A stretch of DNA of 64,000 nucleotides from Chlamydiia bacterium (GCA_022601595.1 JAJACI010000002.1:12523-76522); one strand, 5' to 3'; shown: positions 35,591 through 46,536, counted from the stretch's first letter. Made by a program: numbers and translations. Notes: a model not told the origin generated them from the letters alone.

Positions 35591-36622
35591 ATGAGTACAA
35601 AAGAGAAAAAAGCAAGGTTTGAGGCAAAAGATAAGCGTTTAATCAACTGTAATAAAGTGGATGTAAACCAAATTATGCCTATGAAGTATAAGTGGGCGTG
35701 GGAGCATTACATCAATGGCTGTGCCAATCACTGGATGCCAGATGAGGTTCCTATGGGCAAAGATATCGAGCTTTGGAAATCAGGTAATTTATCAGAGGCA
35801 GAGATCTTAATGATAAAAAGAAATCTAGGTTTCTTTTCGACAGCGGAAAGTTTAGTTGCCAATAATATTACCCTTGCAGTGTTTAAGCATGTTACTAATC
35901 CTGAGGCAAGACAATATCTACTTCGTCAAGGTTTTGAAGAGGCTATTCACACTCATACCTTCCACTACATCGTAGAATCTCTAGATTTAGATCCTTCAGA
36001 GATTTTTAATATGTATAATGAAATTGATGTGATTGGAGAAAAAGATAAGTTCGAAATGAAAATCACCGAAGAAATTCTACAAGATGGTTTTACTACTGAA
36101 ACAGAAGAAGGCGCAAGGGCATTTCTTAAAAACCTAATTGCTTACTACATCATTATGGAGGGTATCTTCTTTTATAGCGGTTTTGCGATGATTCTATCAT
36201 TGCACAGACAAAATAAGATGACAGGAATAGGTGAGCAGTTTCAGTTTATCCTTCGTGATGAGACCATCCATTTGAATTTTGGAATTGATCTTATCAATGG
36301 TATCAAAGAAGAAAATCCAAACCTTTGGACAGAGGAGTTTCAACAAGAGATCATCGATATGATCGATGAGGCAGTAACTTTAGAGATCGCTTATGCAAAA
36401 GCATGTCTTCCTAAAGGCGTTTTAGGGCTTACTGCTCCAATGTTTGAAGAGTATGTAGGATTTATAGCAGACAGACGTTTAGAAAGAATAGGCCTTTCAG
36501 CCCGTTACCATAAAACCAATCCATTCCCATGGATGTCTGAGGTTATTGACTTGCAGAAGGAAAAAAACTTTTTCGAGACAAGGGTCACCGAGTACCAATC
36601 CTCCTCGTCCCTTTCCTGGTAA
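35591..36622 (+). CDS. nrdB: Ribonucleoside-diphosphate reductase beta subunit, class Ic-type (Phe at radical site)
   Basis: Metal-ligand motif EEAIHTHTF places Phe124 (35960-35962) where class Ia has the radical Tyr. STAESL carries Glu at the first ligand position. Confidence 0.9.
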   Translation: MSTKEKKARFEAKDKRLINCNKVDVNQIMPMKYKWAWEHYINGCANHWMPDEVPMGKDIELWKSGNLSEAEILMIKRNLGFFSTAESLVANNITLAVFKHVTNPEARQYLLRQGFEEAIHTHTFHYIVESLDLDPSEIFNMYNEIDVIGEKDKFEMKITEEILQDGFTTETEEGARAFLKNLIAYYIIMEGIFFYSGFAMILSLHRQNKMTGIGEQFQFILRDETIHLNFGIDLINGIKEENPNLWTEEFQQEIIDMIDEAVTLEIAYAKACLPKGVLGLTAPMFEEYVGFIADRRLERIGLSARYHKTNPFPWMSEVIDLQKEKNFFETRVTEYQSSSSLSW

Positions 36623-36637
36623 GAAATCTAAACCAAT

Positions 36638-36669
36638 AAAAAAAAGAGCCTTTTCAGGCTCTTTTTTTT
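36638..36669 (+). terminator. Rho-independent terminator after nrdB
   Basis: aaaaaaaagagcc-ttttca-ggctctttttttt. Confidence 0.75.
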
Positions 36670-36730
36670 GTCTAGAAGAAAAGACTTTCTTTTGATACTA
36701 TCAATCTCTTAATTGCACGGAGCAACAAAA

Positions 36731-39670
36731 ATGAAGAAAGGCGACAGATTTCACGGATTTTTAATAAAAGAGATAGAAGAGATAAAAGAAATCCATATCA
36801 CATTAATTCATGCCGTGCATGAAGAAAATGGAGCCAGCGTTTTTCATATTAAAGCCTCTGACAAAGAAAATGTCTTTGGTCTTTGCTTTAAAACCTACCC
36901 TACAGATGATACAGGAGTCCCCCACATCTTAGAACATACCGTCCTTTGCGGGTCTAAAAAATATCCTGTTCACGATCCCTTTTTCTCTATGCTTCGCAGA
37001 AGTTGTAATACTTTTATGAATGCCTTTACAGCAAAATTATGGACAGGATATGTCGCTTCCTCACAAATTGAGAAAGACTTTTATAACATCTACTCTGTAT
37101 ATCTTGATGCCGCCTTAAATCCCCTGCTTACCGAAAATAGTTTTATGCAAGAGGGTCACAGGTTAGAGTTTACAGATATAGAAAAGATCTCCTCCCCTTT
37201 TGAAACAAAAGGGATTGTATATAACGAAATGAAAGGGGTGTTTGCTAATCCATCATCTATTGTATGGAGAAGCCTGATAAATTACATGTACCCAAACACT
37301 TCCTATGGATATGACTCTGGAGGAATCCCCCAAAATATTACAGAGCTGACACATGAAGAGCTTAAAGCATTCCACAAAAAATATTACGACAAAAGAAGGT
37401 GCGACTATTTCTTCTATGGTGATATCCCTCTAGAAAAACATTTAGCATTTTTAGAAGCAAATGTGTTCACAGAAAAACTCTCTAAAATAGAAGATATTCC
37501 ACCCGTTAAAAAAATCACCCGTTTTGATAAACCTAAATCTTTTTCCGAAAAATATTATTCTACCAACGAAACAAAAGACCCCGCCTATTTTTCTTTAGGA
37601 TTTGTTACCTGTGAGATCAAAGAACAAGAAGAAACATTAACGCTCATGCTTCTTGATATCATCCTTATGGATACAGACGCCTCCTTATTAAAGAAGAAAA
37701 TCCTAACGTCTAAAAAGTGCCAAGATGTCTACTCTTTATATGACTCAGATGCTAGAGAAATCCCTTATATCATTTATTGCGTCGGCTTAGAGGGGGAAGA
37801 AAAAGATTTAGAAGATGTGATCCTTAAAAGCCTTAGTGATATTAAAGAAGAAGGTATCTCTGATCAATGGATAAATAGCGCCCTTCATCAATTAGAATTT
37901 TCTAAATTAGAAATCTCAAGCTCTCACGGTCCATACGGTTTAGATCTGATGGGACGAACCCTTATCCCCTACCAGCAAGGTGCAGGACTTACCGATGGAG
38001 TGAAAATCCATTCCCTAATAGAATCTTTAAAAGAAAAACTTAAAGATAAAAACTATTTGCTCCATTTTATCGATAAATACTTTTTAAACAATACACATAG
38101 AGTTGCCTTCTCCCTCTATCCTGATAAAAGCGTTCAAGAAAAGGAACTTTCCGCTGAGAAAAAAGAGCTCGAAAAAAAGGAAGCTGCTCTTTCAGAAGAA
38201 GAAAAGAAACAATTACAAACAAAACTAAAGGCCTTTCATACCTATCAAAAAAATGCCGATAAACAAGATATAGAATGCCTTCCTAGCTTAAAAATTAGCG
38301 ATATCCCAAAAAATGCTCCTTATTATCCAGTAACACGTAATATGGAAAAAAACAGCTCGGTATATCATCATGATGTATTTACCAATTCTATCTGTTATGT
38401 GGATCTTGTCTTTGATATACCGCAAATTCCAGAAGAGGATTTACCCTTTCTAAGGCTCTTTAGCTCTATGATCCCAGAGCTTGGAACCAAAAAATTTGCT
38501 TGGGATAAAAACATGATGCGTATCCAAGGGGCTTTTGGCTCCCTATACTCAGGACTTGCTCTTAATGTACAAAAAGAAAATATCAACACCTGCTACCCAA
38601 CCCTCTCTCTCTCCTCAAAATTCTTAAACAAGAATCAAGAGGAATGCTTTGAAATATTAAAAGACATTATCTTAAATATTGACCTCAACGACGATAAAAG
38701 GATAAAAGACCTTATTACACAAATTTCCTCTTCTCTTGAAAGCGATGTAAATAGACGCGCCCTTGGATATGCTTTAAAAGGATCATCAGCCCATATTTCT
38801 CCATGGACACACCTTGGAAATCTTTGGTACGGTATGCCTTACTATCGATTTATCAAAAATCTTATGAAAGATCTAGACGGCACCCTTTCACATATTATAG
38901 ACAAGTTCAAAGGGTTTACTAAAACATTGTTTCATTTAAACAATGCACATCTAGTTATCTCATGCGAGCAAAAGGATTTTGACAGCTTAGCCGCGGCGCA
39001 TTTTTATGATCTGATGAATTTATCAGATGCCTCCTCTCCATTTCACCCTTGGATAGAACTTCCTGTGCCAAACCCTGCCGCTAACAAAGGTATGATCATC
39101 TCCTCTGGTATCGCCCATAATGCACTTGCCCGGTCGACAGTTACCCTAACTTCAGAACTTGCCCCTGCACTGAAAATTGCTACCTACCTATTAGAAAATC
39201 TATATATCCATAAAATGGTTCGAGAAAAAGGCGGAGCATACGGATCTGGTGTGAAATATAATATCCTTACAGGCGTTCTTCATTTCTACAGCTCTAGAGA
39301 CCCGCACATAACCTCTACCATCGATGCTTTTTATGAAGCCTCAGCGTTGCTTGCAGAAAGAGATATCTCTGAAAGAGAGCTCACCGAAGCCATCTTAAGC
39401 TACATTCAGGATGTAGACTCCCCTGTTCCTGCTGGATCTAGGGCTTCTGTTACCTATTTCCAAGAAAAAGTTGGATTAACCAAAGAAGTACGCCAAAAAT
39501 TCCGAGATGCTGTCCTTGCTTTAACCGCAAAGGATATTAAAAAAGCGATAAAAGAGGCGATCTTACCAGGACTTATTGAGGAGAGTACACAAGTCTCATA
39601 CAGTAACGAGAAAAAGCTTAAAGAGGCTAACACCTCTTTAAAAAATCTACTAGAATTAGAAAGCATATAA
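36731..39670 (+). CDS. M16-family zinc metalloprotease, PreP/M16C-like (about 980 aa)
   Basis: Inverted zinc motif HILEH (GVPHILEHTVLCGS) and a four-domain length typical of presequence-protease-like enzymes. The ORF opens at TTG 36713; ATG 36731 is the likely start. Confidence 0.85.
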   Translation: MKKGDRFHGFLIKEIEEIKEIHITLIHAVHEENGASVFHIKASDKENVFGLCFKTYPTDDTGVPHILEHTVLCGSKKYPVHDPFFSMLRRSCNTFMNAFTAKLWTGYVASSQIEKDFYNIYSVYLDAALNPLLTENSFMQEGHRLEFTDIEKISSPFETKGIVYNEMKGVFANPSSIVWRSLINYMYPNTSYGYDSGGIPQNITELTHEELKAFHKKYYDKRRCDYFFYGDIPLEKHLAFLEANVFTEKLSKIEDIPPVKKITRFDKPKSFSEKYYSTNETKDPAYFSLGFVTCEIKEQEETLTLMLLDIILMDTDASLLKKKILTSKKCQDVYSLYDSDAREIPYIIYCVGLEGEEKDLEDVILKSLSDIKEEGISDQWINSALHQLEFSKLEISSSHGPYGLDLMGRTLIPYQQGAGLTDGVKIHSLIESLKEKLKDKNYLLHFIDKYFLNNTHRVAFSLYPDKSVQEKELSAEKKELEKKEAALSEEEKKQLQTKLKAFHTYQKNADKQDIECLPSLKISDIPKNAPYYPVTRNMEKNSSVYHHDVFTNSICYVDLVFDIPQIPEEDLPFLRLFSSMIPELGTKKFAWDKNMMRIQGAFGSLYSGLALNVQKENINTCYPTLSLSSKFLNKNQEECFEILKDIILNIDLNDDKRIKDLITQISSSLESDVNRRALGYALKGSSAHISPWTHLGNLWYGMPYYRFIKNLMKDLDGTLSHIIDKFKGFTKTLFHLNNAHLVISCEQKDFDSLAAAHFYDLMNLSDASSPFHPWIELPVPNPAANKGMIISSGIAHNALARSTVTLTSELAPALKIATYLLENLYIHKMVREKGGAYGSGVKYNILTGVLHFYSSRDPHITSTIDAFYEASALLAERDISERELTEAILSYIQDVDSPVPAGSRASVTYFQEKVGLTKEVRQKFRDAVLALTAKDIKKAIKEAILPGLIEESTQVSYSNEKKLKEANTSLKNLLELESI

Positions 39671-39674
39671 AATA

Positions 39675-39704
39675 GATACGTCATAAGGAACGGAAATGAC
39701 TATA
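39675..39704 (+). repeat. Family B right-end fragment
   Basis: gatacgtcataaggaacggaaatgactata resembles the B right terminus (atacg.catatgaaacggcaatgactat). Confidence 0.4.
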
Positions 39705-39768
39705 ACTATACAAAAATAAGTAAATTCTTTATACTTCTTGTTTTACACTAATTACAGGATTGCATCTT

Positions 39769-40344
39769 ATGAATAAAATTTTACTTTTTCTAGCATCTAG
39801 CTCGCTGCTATGCGCTAGCACACAAAATGCCCACATGAAAGAATACAACGTACCTCTAAAAACGGGTAAGTGTTACATCGATATAGCAGGAGGCCCATTA
39901 AATCTTAAAGATTCTACAGACAATCTATTTTTTAACCATAGCTTTTTTAGCCTGGGCATTAACTATCGACTTTACCCTAAAAGATTAGGGATTAAAAAAG
40001 CTATGGAATACGGAATGGATCTTTACCCAAATATCACCGGCTGGATGGATAATAATGAATCTATCATTCATGTAGAGTGGAAAGCGGGCCTAATTCATTA
40101 CTTTGCACCAGACATGAATAACGGCAACTATATAATAGGCGGAGTGGGCGCTAGCACCTATCGCTACTATTTTACCTATGCAGCATTTGGAAGAGAATTT
40201 GACAGATTAAGCGCCATTTCAAAAAAGATCGAGCTGAACATAAGCGCCACCCCAACCAGCACTTCTTTTTCCCTTTTTGGATCCCCTAAAACATCTGGCA
40301 CACATGGAAACCGAATCAAACTCATTCTTGGCATGGGATTTTAA
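39769..40344 (+). CDS. Small outer-membrane beta-barrel-like protein
   Basis: Signal peptide MNKILLFLASSSLLCAS, alternating aromatic/Gly-rich pattern, and a C-terminal Phe (LILGMGF). Confidence 0.55.
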   Translation: MNKILLFLASSSLLCASTQNAHMKEYNVPLKTGKCYIDIAGGPLNLKDSTDNLFFNHSFFSLGINYRLYPKRLGIKKAMEYGMDLYPNITGWMDNNESIIHVEWKAGLIHYFAPDMNNGNYIIGGVGASTYRYYFTYAAFGREFDRLSAISKKIELNISATPTSTSFSLFGSPKTSGTHGNRIKLILGMGF

Positions 40345-40360
40345 TCAGTAATAACTATAT

Positions 40361-40396
40361 AAAAAGCCCCAGAATATCTTCTGGGGCTTTTTTTTT
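40361..40396. terminator. Bidirectional Rho-independent terminator
   Basis: aaaaa-gccccagaa-tatc-ttctggggc-ttttttttt, between convergent genes. Confidence 0.85.
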
Positions 40397-40417
40397 CTAA
40401 AAATTCATTTCTTTATA

Positions 40418-40690
40418 TTAAGAAACAGATTCTTTTAATGCTTTTCCAGGACGGAAAGATGGCACTTTTTTCGCAGGAATTTGTAACTCTTTTCCTGTTT
40501 GTGGGTTTCTTCCTGTTCTTGCTTTTCTGTCTGTTACTTTAAATGTACCAAAACCAACAAGTTGAACTTCATTGCCTTTTCTTAGAGCTTTTTGAATTGA
40601 CTCAATATAAGCGTTTAAAAACTTTTGTGTATCAGATTTTGTAAATCCTGTTTTGTCAGACAATTCTTCAATAAGTTCGTTTTTGTTCAT
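40418..40690 (-). CDS. hup: DNA-binding protein HU/IHF family
   Basis: MNKNELIEELS...GFGTFKVTDRKARTGRNPQTGKELQIPAKKVPSFRPGKALK: canonical HU fold signature. Confidence 0.9.
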   Translation of the reverse strand: MNKNELIEELSDKTGFTKSDTQKFLNAYIESIQKALRKGNEVQLVGFGTFKVTDRKARTGRNPQTGKELQIPAKKVPSFRPGKALKESVS

Positions 40691-40799
40691 TTGTGACCTC
40701 CATGTTAGGTTTGTTAATTTCTACAGCTTATGACAACTGAGAATAGTACACAAGTATTCTATAAGAAAAAGTGCTCTGGAGGCCTCTAATACATTCAAA

Positions 40800-41942
40800 T
40801 CACGTGTTTTTCGTTAAGAATTTTTGAAATTCTGCCGAATCTCTAATTTCATCAAAAGCCTTGCTGCTAGCGACTTCAGGGAGATCTACCTCACCGAAAA
40901 CTTTTGCGGCCGTAAGCCATGCTATTGTTTCGGTAATTTTTTTCTCATTACTCATCGCTTTTGCCGCCATAATCGCTATCTCACTGCTTCTTTCGATCTC
41001 AAAGATCTGTCCGGCAAGTTTAATTACACGGGAATAATCTTTTGCATAGAAGCAAGTTTGGTAGAAAAGCACTTTCCCTTCACGCGATAAATTCTTCTCC
41101 TCGCTCTTCAATAAGTCATAAGCCTTATCCTTCTCATCTTGCTGAAAAGCAATCTTGGCAAGATTCTCTTTAGCAAGTGTATGTATCATCCCTTCATGAG
41201 TAGAATTCAAAAGAGTTTCTAAGCATTTTTTTGCACTTTCTATATCACCAGTATTTAACATATTACTTGCTTTTTTCATCTCATCTTTAATGCCATCTTT
41301 GGTATCATCTTTAGTGAAATTTTTAAACTGGCGAAGTGTTTCAAAGCTTTGAAAGGTAAATAGTAAAAAGATCGCTCCAATAAAGAACTGCCCTACTGCA
41401 AAAAAGAATAGGCAGGCTGCAGCTGACAGCACAAAGGAGGTGATAAAAGAGACTTTCCAGGATTTATGACCAATAAAGCCTGAAAGGATCACACGCAGCA
41501 AGTGACCTCCATCTAAGGGGAGAATAGGTATTAAGTTTATCACCGTCCAAAACAAATTAATAAATCTTGTGACAATTACGGTATAGGCTAGATAGCCACC
41601 CATCGGGCCCATCGCTTGAAGCGTCGCAACAGGGATAAACAGAGCGCCAAAATAGAGCAAGAATCCAAATGCTGGACCCATTGCTATCACAATAAATTCT
41701 TGCCATCCTTTTAATTTTTTCCCCTGAGGAAGGGTTAACCCGCCAAAAGCAAACAATTGAATCTGTGCGCTCTGACCAAAAAAGGTTGCGGCAAGTGCAT
41801 GACCATATTCATGAAATAATACAGAGATGAAAATGACAAACATCCAAATAAGTGTTCCCATCATGCTGCGCGTGTTTAAAAAGCCAAGAACCGCTGCCAT
41901 TACAAAAAAGGATGGAGCTATTTTTAATGGTATCTTTTTCAT
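40800..41942 (-). CDS. M50-family (site-2 protease-like) membrane metalloprotease with C-terminal TPR-like region
   Basis: HEYGHALAA (HExxH) in a TM helix and NLIPILPLDGGH as the second motif. Confidence 0.8.
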   Translation of the reverse strand: MKKIPLKIAPSFFVMAAVLGFLNTRSMMGTLIWMFVIFISVLFHEYGHALAATFFGQSAQIQLFAFGGLTLPQGKKLKGWQEFIVIAMGPAFGFLLYFGALFIPVATLQAMGPMGGYLAYTVIVTRFINLFWTVINLIPILPLDGGHLLRVILSGFIGHKSWKVSFITSFVLSAAACLFFFAVGQFFIGAIFLLFTFQSFETLRQFKNFTKDDTKDGIKDEMKKASNMLNTGDIESAKKCLETLLNSTHEGMIHTLAKENLAKIAFQQDEKDKAYDLLKSEEKNLSREGKVLFYQTCFYAKDYSRVIKLAGQIFEIERSSEIAIMAAKAMSNEKKITETIAWLTAAKVFGEVDLPEVASSKAFDEIRDSAEFQKFLTKNT

Positions 41943-42815
41943 CTATCCAAATGCCCTCTTCATAGCAGCTCCCATTTGATCAGGGGTCATTGCTACGATA
42001 ACATTTGCCTCCTGAAGAGCCTTTATCTTATCTCCTGCAGTCCCTTTTCCGCCAGATATAATTGCACCGGCATGTCCCATCCTTTTTCCAGGAGGAGCGC
42101 TTTTACCGGCAATAAAGGCGGCAACTTTCTTACTACAATGATTTGCTATCCAGAGAGCCGCCTGCTCTTCGGCATCACCGCCAATTTCCCCTATCATCAA
42201 AATACCCTCTGTCTCCGGATCTTTTTCAAAAAGCTCTAGCACATCGATAAAATTGGTACCGTTGGTTGGATCTCCTCCAATACCTACACACGTTGTCTGG
42301 CCAAGCCCTAACGAGGTTGTTTGCCATACCGCCTCGTAAGTAAGCGTTCCCGATCTAGACACAATCCCAATTTTCCCTGGTTTGTGAATATATCCAGGCA
42401 TAATCCCAATTTTACACTGATCAGGGGTAATAATTCCTGGGCAGTTTGGTCCAATCAGCCGGCTCTTACTTTTAAGCATTCTCTCTTTTACTTTTAACAT
42501 ATCTAAAATAGGAATCCCCTCTGTTATACAGATGATCAATTCTATTCCTGCCTCTTCTGCCTCAAGTATTGCTGCCGCTGCAAATTTTGGCGGTACAAAA
42601 ATCATCGTTACATCAGGTGAAAGCGCCTTTTTTGCCTCTTTTACCGTATTGTATATAGGAAGACCATGCTCTGTTGTCTTTCCCCCCTTACCAGGAGTTA
42701 CTCCCCCCACCATCTGCGTTCCATAAGCAAGACACTGCGCTACATGAAAACTTCCTGCCTGCCCTGTTATCCCTTGGCAAATGACTCGGGTATCTTTGTT
42801 TACTAATATACTCAT
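41943..42815 (-). CDS. sucD: Succinyl-CoA synthetase alpha subunit
   Basis: [17 protein letters not shown] and GHAGAII motifs. Adjacent to sucC with no spacer. Confidence 0.95.
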   Translation of the reverse strand: MSILVNKDTRVICQGITGQAGSFHVAQCLAYGTQMVGGVTPGKGGKTTEHGLPIYNTVKEAKKALSPDVTMIFVPPKFAAAAILEAEEAGIELIICITEGIPILDMLKVKERMLKSKSRLIGPNCPGIITPDQCKIGIMPGYIHKPGKIGIVSRSGTLTYEAVWQTTSLGLGQTTCVGIGGDPTNGTNFIDVLELFEKDPETEGILMIGEIGGDAEEQAALWIANHCSKKVAAFIAGKSAPPGKRMGHAGAIISGGKGTAGDKIKALQEANVIVAMTPDQMGAAMKRAFG

Positions 42816-43982
42816 CTATTTCCCCTCCACTTGAGCTACCATTTTCTCTGCAGCATCACCTAAATCATTTGCAGCTATTAGTTTTAATCCTGACTCTTTT
42901 AAAATCTTCTTCCCTTGCTCAACATTTGTCCCCTCAAGCCTCACCACCAAAGGAACCTTTAACTTAACCTCCTTAACGGCCGCGACCACCCCTTCTGCTA
43001 TGATGTCGCACTTCATAATCCCACCAAAGATATTAACCAATATCCCCTTGACCTTAGGATCGCTCAAGATAATTTTAAAACTCTCGACCACCTTCTCTTT
43101 GGTAGCAGAGCCCCCCACATCTAAAAAGTTTGCCGGGGAGCCGCCCTTCTCTCCTATAATATCCATGGTCGCCATCGCAAGCCCTGCTCCATTTACCATG
43201 CAGCCAATATTCCCTTCCATCGCAACATAGGCTAAATCAAGCTCATGCGCCCTAACCTCTGCCGGCAGCTCTTGCGTAGGATCATACATCTTTGCAATAA
43301 TAGGCTGTCTATACAAAGCATTGTCATCAACACTGATCTTTGCATCTAATAAAAATAAATTCCCATCTGGATCTTTTATCAAAGGGTTGATCTCCAATAT
43401 CGATCCATCTATCTCCATAAAGGCTTTTACCATCTCCTTGACCATCACAGCTCCCTGATCGGCAGTCTTGCCCTCCCAACCCATAAACGCTGTTATCTCT
43501 TTGACCTGCTTATCGCTAATCTTTCCATCAGGAGTTAAAGGGGTCTTCAAAATCTTCTCCGGAGCACTTTCTGCTACCTCTTCAATATCCATCCCCCCTT
43601 CTTGAGAAGACATAATCAATGGACACGCCCCATCCCTGTCTATGATGATACCAAAATAATATTCTTTTTCAATGTCTGCTAAATCGGCAATCATCACCTG
43701 ATGACAAGTTATCCCTGCAGCCCCTGTTTGCTTGGTGACAAGCTTCATCCCAAGAAGATCTGCAGTATGCTTTTCTATCTCATCCCTAGACATCGCAACT
43801 TTTACCCCTCCCGCCTTTCCGCGACCGCCTGCATGCACCTGTACCTTTACTACCGCTTTTGTAACGCCAAGCTCTGTAACCTTCTGAGCAATATCCTTTT
43901 TATCATCCACTACCACAAACTTATGTATAGGAAGCCCGTAACGTTTTAATATCTCTTTTGCCTGATACTCATGTATATTCAT
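42816..43982 (-). CDS. sucC: Succinyl-CoA synthetase beta subunit
   Basis: MNIHEYQAKEILKRYG... ATP-grasp N-terminus and a conserved ligase-CoA domain. Confidence 0.95.
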   Translation of the reverse strand: MNIHEYQAKEILKRYGLPIHKFVVVDDKKDIAQKVTELGVTKAVVKVQVHAGGRGKAGGVKVAMSRDEIEKHTADLLGMKLVTKQTGAAGITCHQVMIADLADIEKEYYFGIIIDRDGACPLIMSSQEGGMDIEEVAESAPEKILKTPLTPDGKISDKQVKEITAFMGWEGKTADQGAVMVKEMVKAFMEIDGSILEINPLIKDPDGNLFLLDAKISVDDNALYRQPIIAKMYDPTQELPAEVRAHELDLAYVAMEGNIGCMVNGAGLAMATMDIIGEKGGSPANFLDVGGSATKEKVVESFKIILSDPKVKGILVNIFGGIMKCDIIAEGVVAAVKEVKLKVPLVVRLEGTNVEQGKKILKESGLKLIAANDLGDAAEKMVAQVEGK

Positions 43983-44155
43983 AATTCACCTACCCCTTCC
44001 TCTGGAGTAAGCTATAAAAGCCAATAACTATCAAGAAGAATCCATAAATTCTTATTTTCTATGATAAGAGACTTAGGGTGTGTCTGATAGCAGTTATAAA
44101 CTCTCCGAATTTCTGTAAATCGCTAATAATCTATCCGTTTCTGCAATATTCTTAT

Positions 44156-44315
44156 GGAGACTCTGATAAACTACACTTTTTAGAATTTCTTCAGATTTTT
44201 TGAAATAAATCCGATTTTGGAGTAAGCGGCATCCCTGTAGGGATGGGGCGCCACGAAAAATAGGATTTATAAGAAACCTGGAAAATTATAAAACTGTCTG
44301 TTTATCAGAGTCTCC
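44156..44315 (+). mobile_element. Family A 160-bp element, copy A7
   Basis: Full-length copy. Its right end abuts the TAA stop (44316-44318) of the Sel1-like ORF. Confidence 0.9.
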
Positions 44316-45281
44316 TTAATTGTTTTGTGCAATCAACCTTTCCAATAAAGGAGAAGTGGATCGATTTTCACCTTGGTTTGATCCAACTAAATTAAGAAGC
44401 TGTACTAGCAATGGAGAAGTGCTTCGTTTCTCAGTAGAAGTCTTATAGCCCCCTGCCGAAAGATACTCTTGACGCTTTATATATTGGACCTCTTGTGTCT
44501 CTCCTGCAGCAAGCATCGCTTTATAATATAGCTTTGCTTTTTTTTTATCCACTCGAACTGTGATAAATCCTAAAGATCCATTTTCATATAATTTAGCAAG
44601 TTTATCATTAGCTTCTGCATGCCCTTGCTGCGCAGAGATCTTTAAAAATTCAAGGACGTATTCTCCAGCATTTTCAATACAAGTCTTTCTAAAGACATCA
44701 TCTAGAAAATACATAGCAATCATATAATTAGGGTTTTCCTCTTGAGGACCTACAAGCGAAGATAACCATTTTATCTTGTGTAAAACAGACAAGGCCATTT
44801 CATAATCAGGTTTTCCATCTCGTGTCCCCTGTCCTAATACGCACATCATACCCACTTCAAATTTAGCTTTATCATAACCAAGCAGTGCTGCCTTTAGCAT
44901 ATATTTGAGAGCAAGTTTTTTATGGCAAATATTCTTCTCTATCTACAGCGCTCTGATGTATAACCCCTCCCCATTTCCGGTGCCCCCTAACACTTTATCT
45001 TCCCGCTGTGCAATAATCTTGCGAACTTGAAAAAGAACACTTTCTGCTTGAGAATAACCTAACTCTTTGGCCATAAGACAACATTTTTTCGCTGTAAATT
45101 CCCAACCAGGCTCTTTTTTGCGATTAACATTCGCAATAGACTTTATAGCAATTTCTACAAGAGCCTTTCCATCCCCAGTGCCGCCCACTTTCTCATCAAG
45201 AGTGGCATATTGAGCTAAAGCTGCATCTATTTTAGGTACTTTACCAACACTATCCACGAAAAATCTCCTTACTATTTTCAA
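44316..45281 (-). pseudogene. Sel1-like repeat protein gene interrupted by one in-frame TAG
   Basis: ORFs 44943..45281 and 44316..44900 are in the same frame, separated by TAG at 44943-44945. The 14 codons between them plus the downstream Met (HKKLALKYMLKAALLGYDKAKFEVGMM) form a continuous Sel1 repeat. The upstream ORF starts only at TTG. Confidence 0.55.
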
Positions 45282-45355
45282 ATCTCATAATTTACAAGGC
45301 AAAAATTATAATACTAATCACATAAAAATAGAAGTATAAATGAATATTTATTTAT

Positions 45356-45515
45356 GGAGACTCTGATAAACTACACTTTTTAGAATTTCTTTAGATTTTT
45401 TGAAATAAATCCGATTTTGGAGTAAGCGGCATCCCCGTAGGGATGGGGCGAAACGAAAAATAGGATTTATAAGAAATCTGGAAAATTATAAAACTGCTTG
45501 TTTTTCAGAGTCTCC
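45356..45515 (+). mobile_element. Family A 160-bp element, copy A8
   Basis: Full-length copy in direct orientation relative to A7, on the other side of the Sel1-like gene. Confidence 0.9.
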
Positions 45516-45603
45516 TATAAGGCGCGCCTACAAAAAAAGGAAACCAGTGTAGACATTGCTTTGAAACACCTTTTCCTATATAATCACTTGAAAATGAGGA
45601 TCT

Positions 45604-46536
45604 ATGTTTCAATTTTTAAAGACAAGTATTACCAAGGTGAAGGGCGCCCTTTCTAAGACGGCATCTTTTTTTTCTAAAAGGCTCGAGGGCATTTTTTCTA
45701 AGCCGCTTGATGAGGATAACATTGAAATGCTTGAAGAAATTCTATATGAGGCTGATCTTGGATCTTCTGTTGTAGATCATTTTATTCAAAAAGTACAATC
45801 TTTTGCTGGGAAAAACCCTAACGCTTCTAAAGAGGAATATATAGATATTTTAGAGCAAACTGCTGCCTCTATCCTTAGTAAAGAGGTAAAAAGTCTTTCT
45901 AAACAACCTGAAAATGAAAAGGCGCCCAAAATGATTTTAATGGTAGGTGTCAACGGATCTGGCAAAACTACCTCCATTGCAAAGCTTGGCAAGATGTATA
46001 AAGATGCAGGAAAAAAAGTTCTTTTTGCGTGCGGAGATACTTTTCGCGCCGCAGCCACAGAACAGCTTGCTTTGCATGCAAAAAACTTAGGTGTGGATGT
46101 TGTTCTTGCAAAACATGGAGCTGATCCTAGCGGGGTGATTTTTGATGCGATGGAAAAAGGAAAACATGGAAATTACGATGTGGTAATCTGCGATACTGCA
46201 GGGCGTTTAGAGTCGAAAACAGAGCTCCTAGAGCAGCTGAAAAAAATAGATACGGTTGCTAAAAAGGGGGATAAAAATGCTCCTCATGAGGTATACCTAA
46301 CCATTGATGCGGGCCTTGGTGGAACCTGTTTGGATCAAGTAGAAAAGTTTAACCAATTTATCCCCCTCACCGGCCTTATCCTTACCAAAATTGACTCTAC
46401 CGCAAAAGGGGGAGTGGCGCTATCAATCTATAAAAAGCATGAATTGCCAATTGTCTATGTGGGCTTTGGAGAAACACTTTGCGATTTTTCTTTGTTTGAT
46501 GCAAAATCATATGCAAAGGCTCTCTTTAAGGAATAA
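45604..46536 (+). CDS. ftsY: Signal recognition particle receptor FtsY (short form)
   Basis: NG domain with GVNGSGKTT, DTAGR and TKIDSTAKGG. Confidence 0.9.
   Translation: MFQFLKTSITKVKGALSKTASFFSKRLEGIFSKPLDEDNIEMLEEILYEADLGSSVVDHFIQKVQSFAGKNPNASKEEYIDILEQTAASILSKEVKSLSKQPENEKAPKMILMVGVNGSGKTTSIAKLGKMYKDAGKKVLFACGDTFRAAATEQLALHAKNLGVDVVLAKHGADPSGVIFDAMEKGKHGNYDVVICDTAGRLESKTELLEQLKKIDTVAKKGDKNAPHEVYLTIDAGLGGTCLDQVEKFNQFIPLTGLILTKIDSTAKGGVALSIYKKHELPIVYVGFGETLCDFSLFDAKSYAKALFKE

Noticed and set aside
44076-44130. Degenerate family A-like stretch (tctgatagcagttataaactctccgaatttctgtaaatcg) just upstream of A7
   Set aside because: It resembles the minus-orientation left part of family A but is too diverged to delimit without an alignment tool, so it is not listed as a feature.
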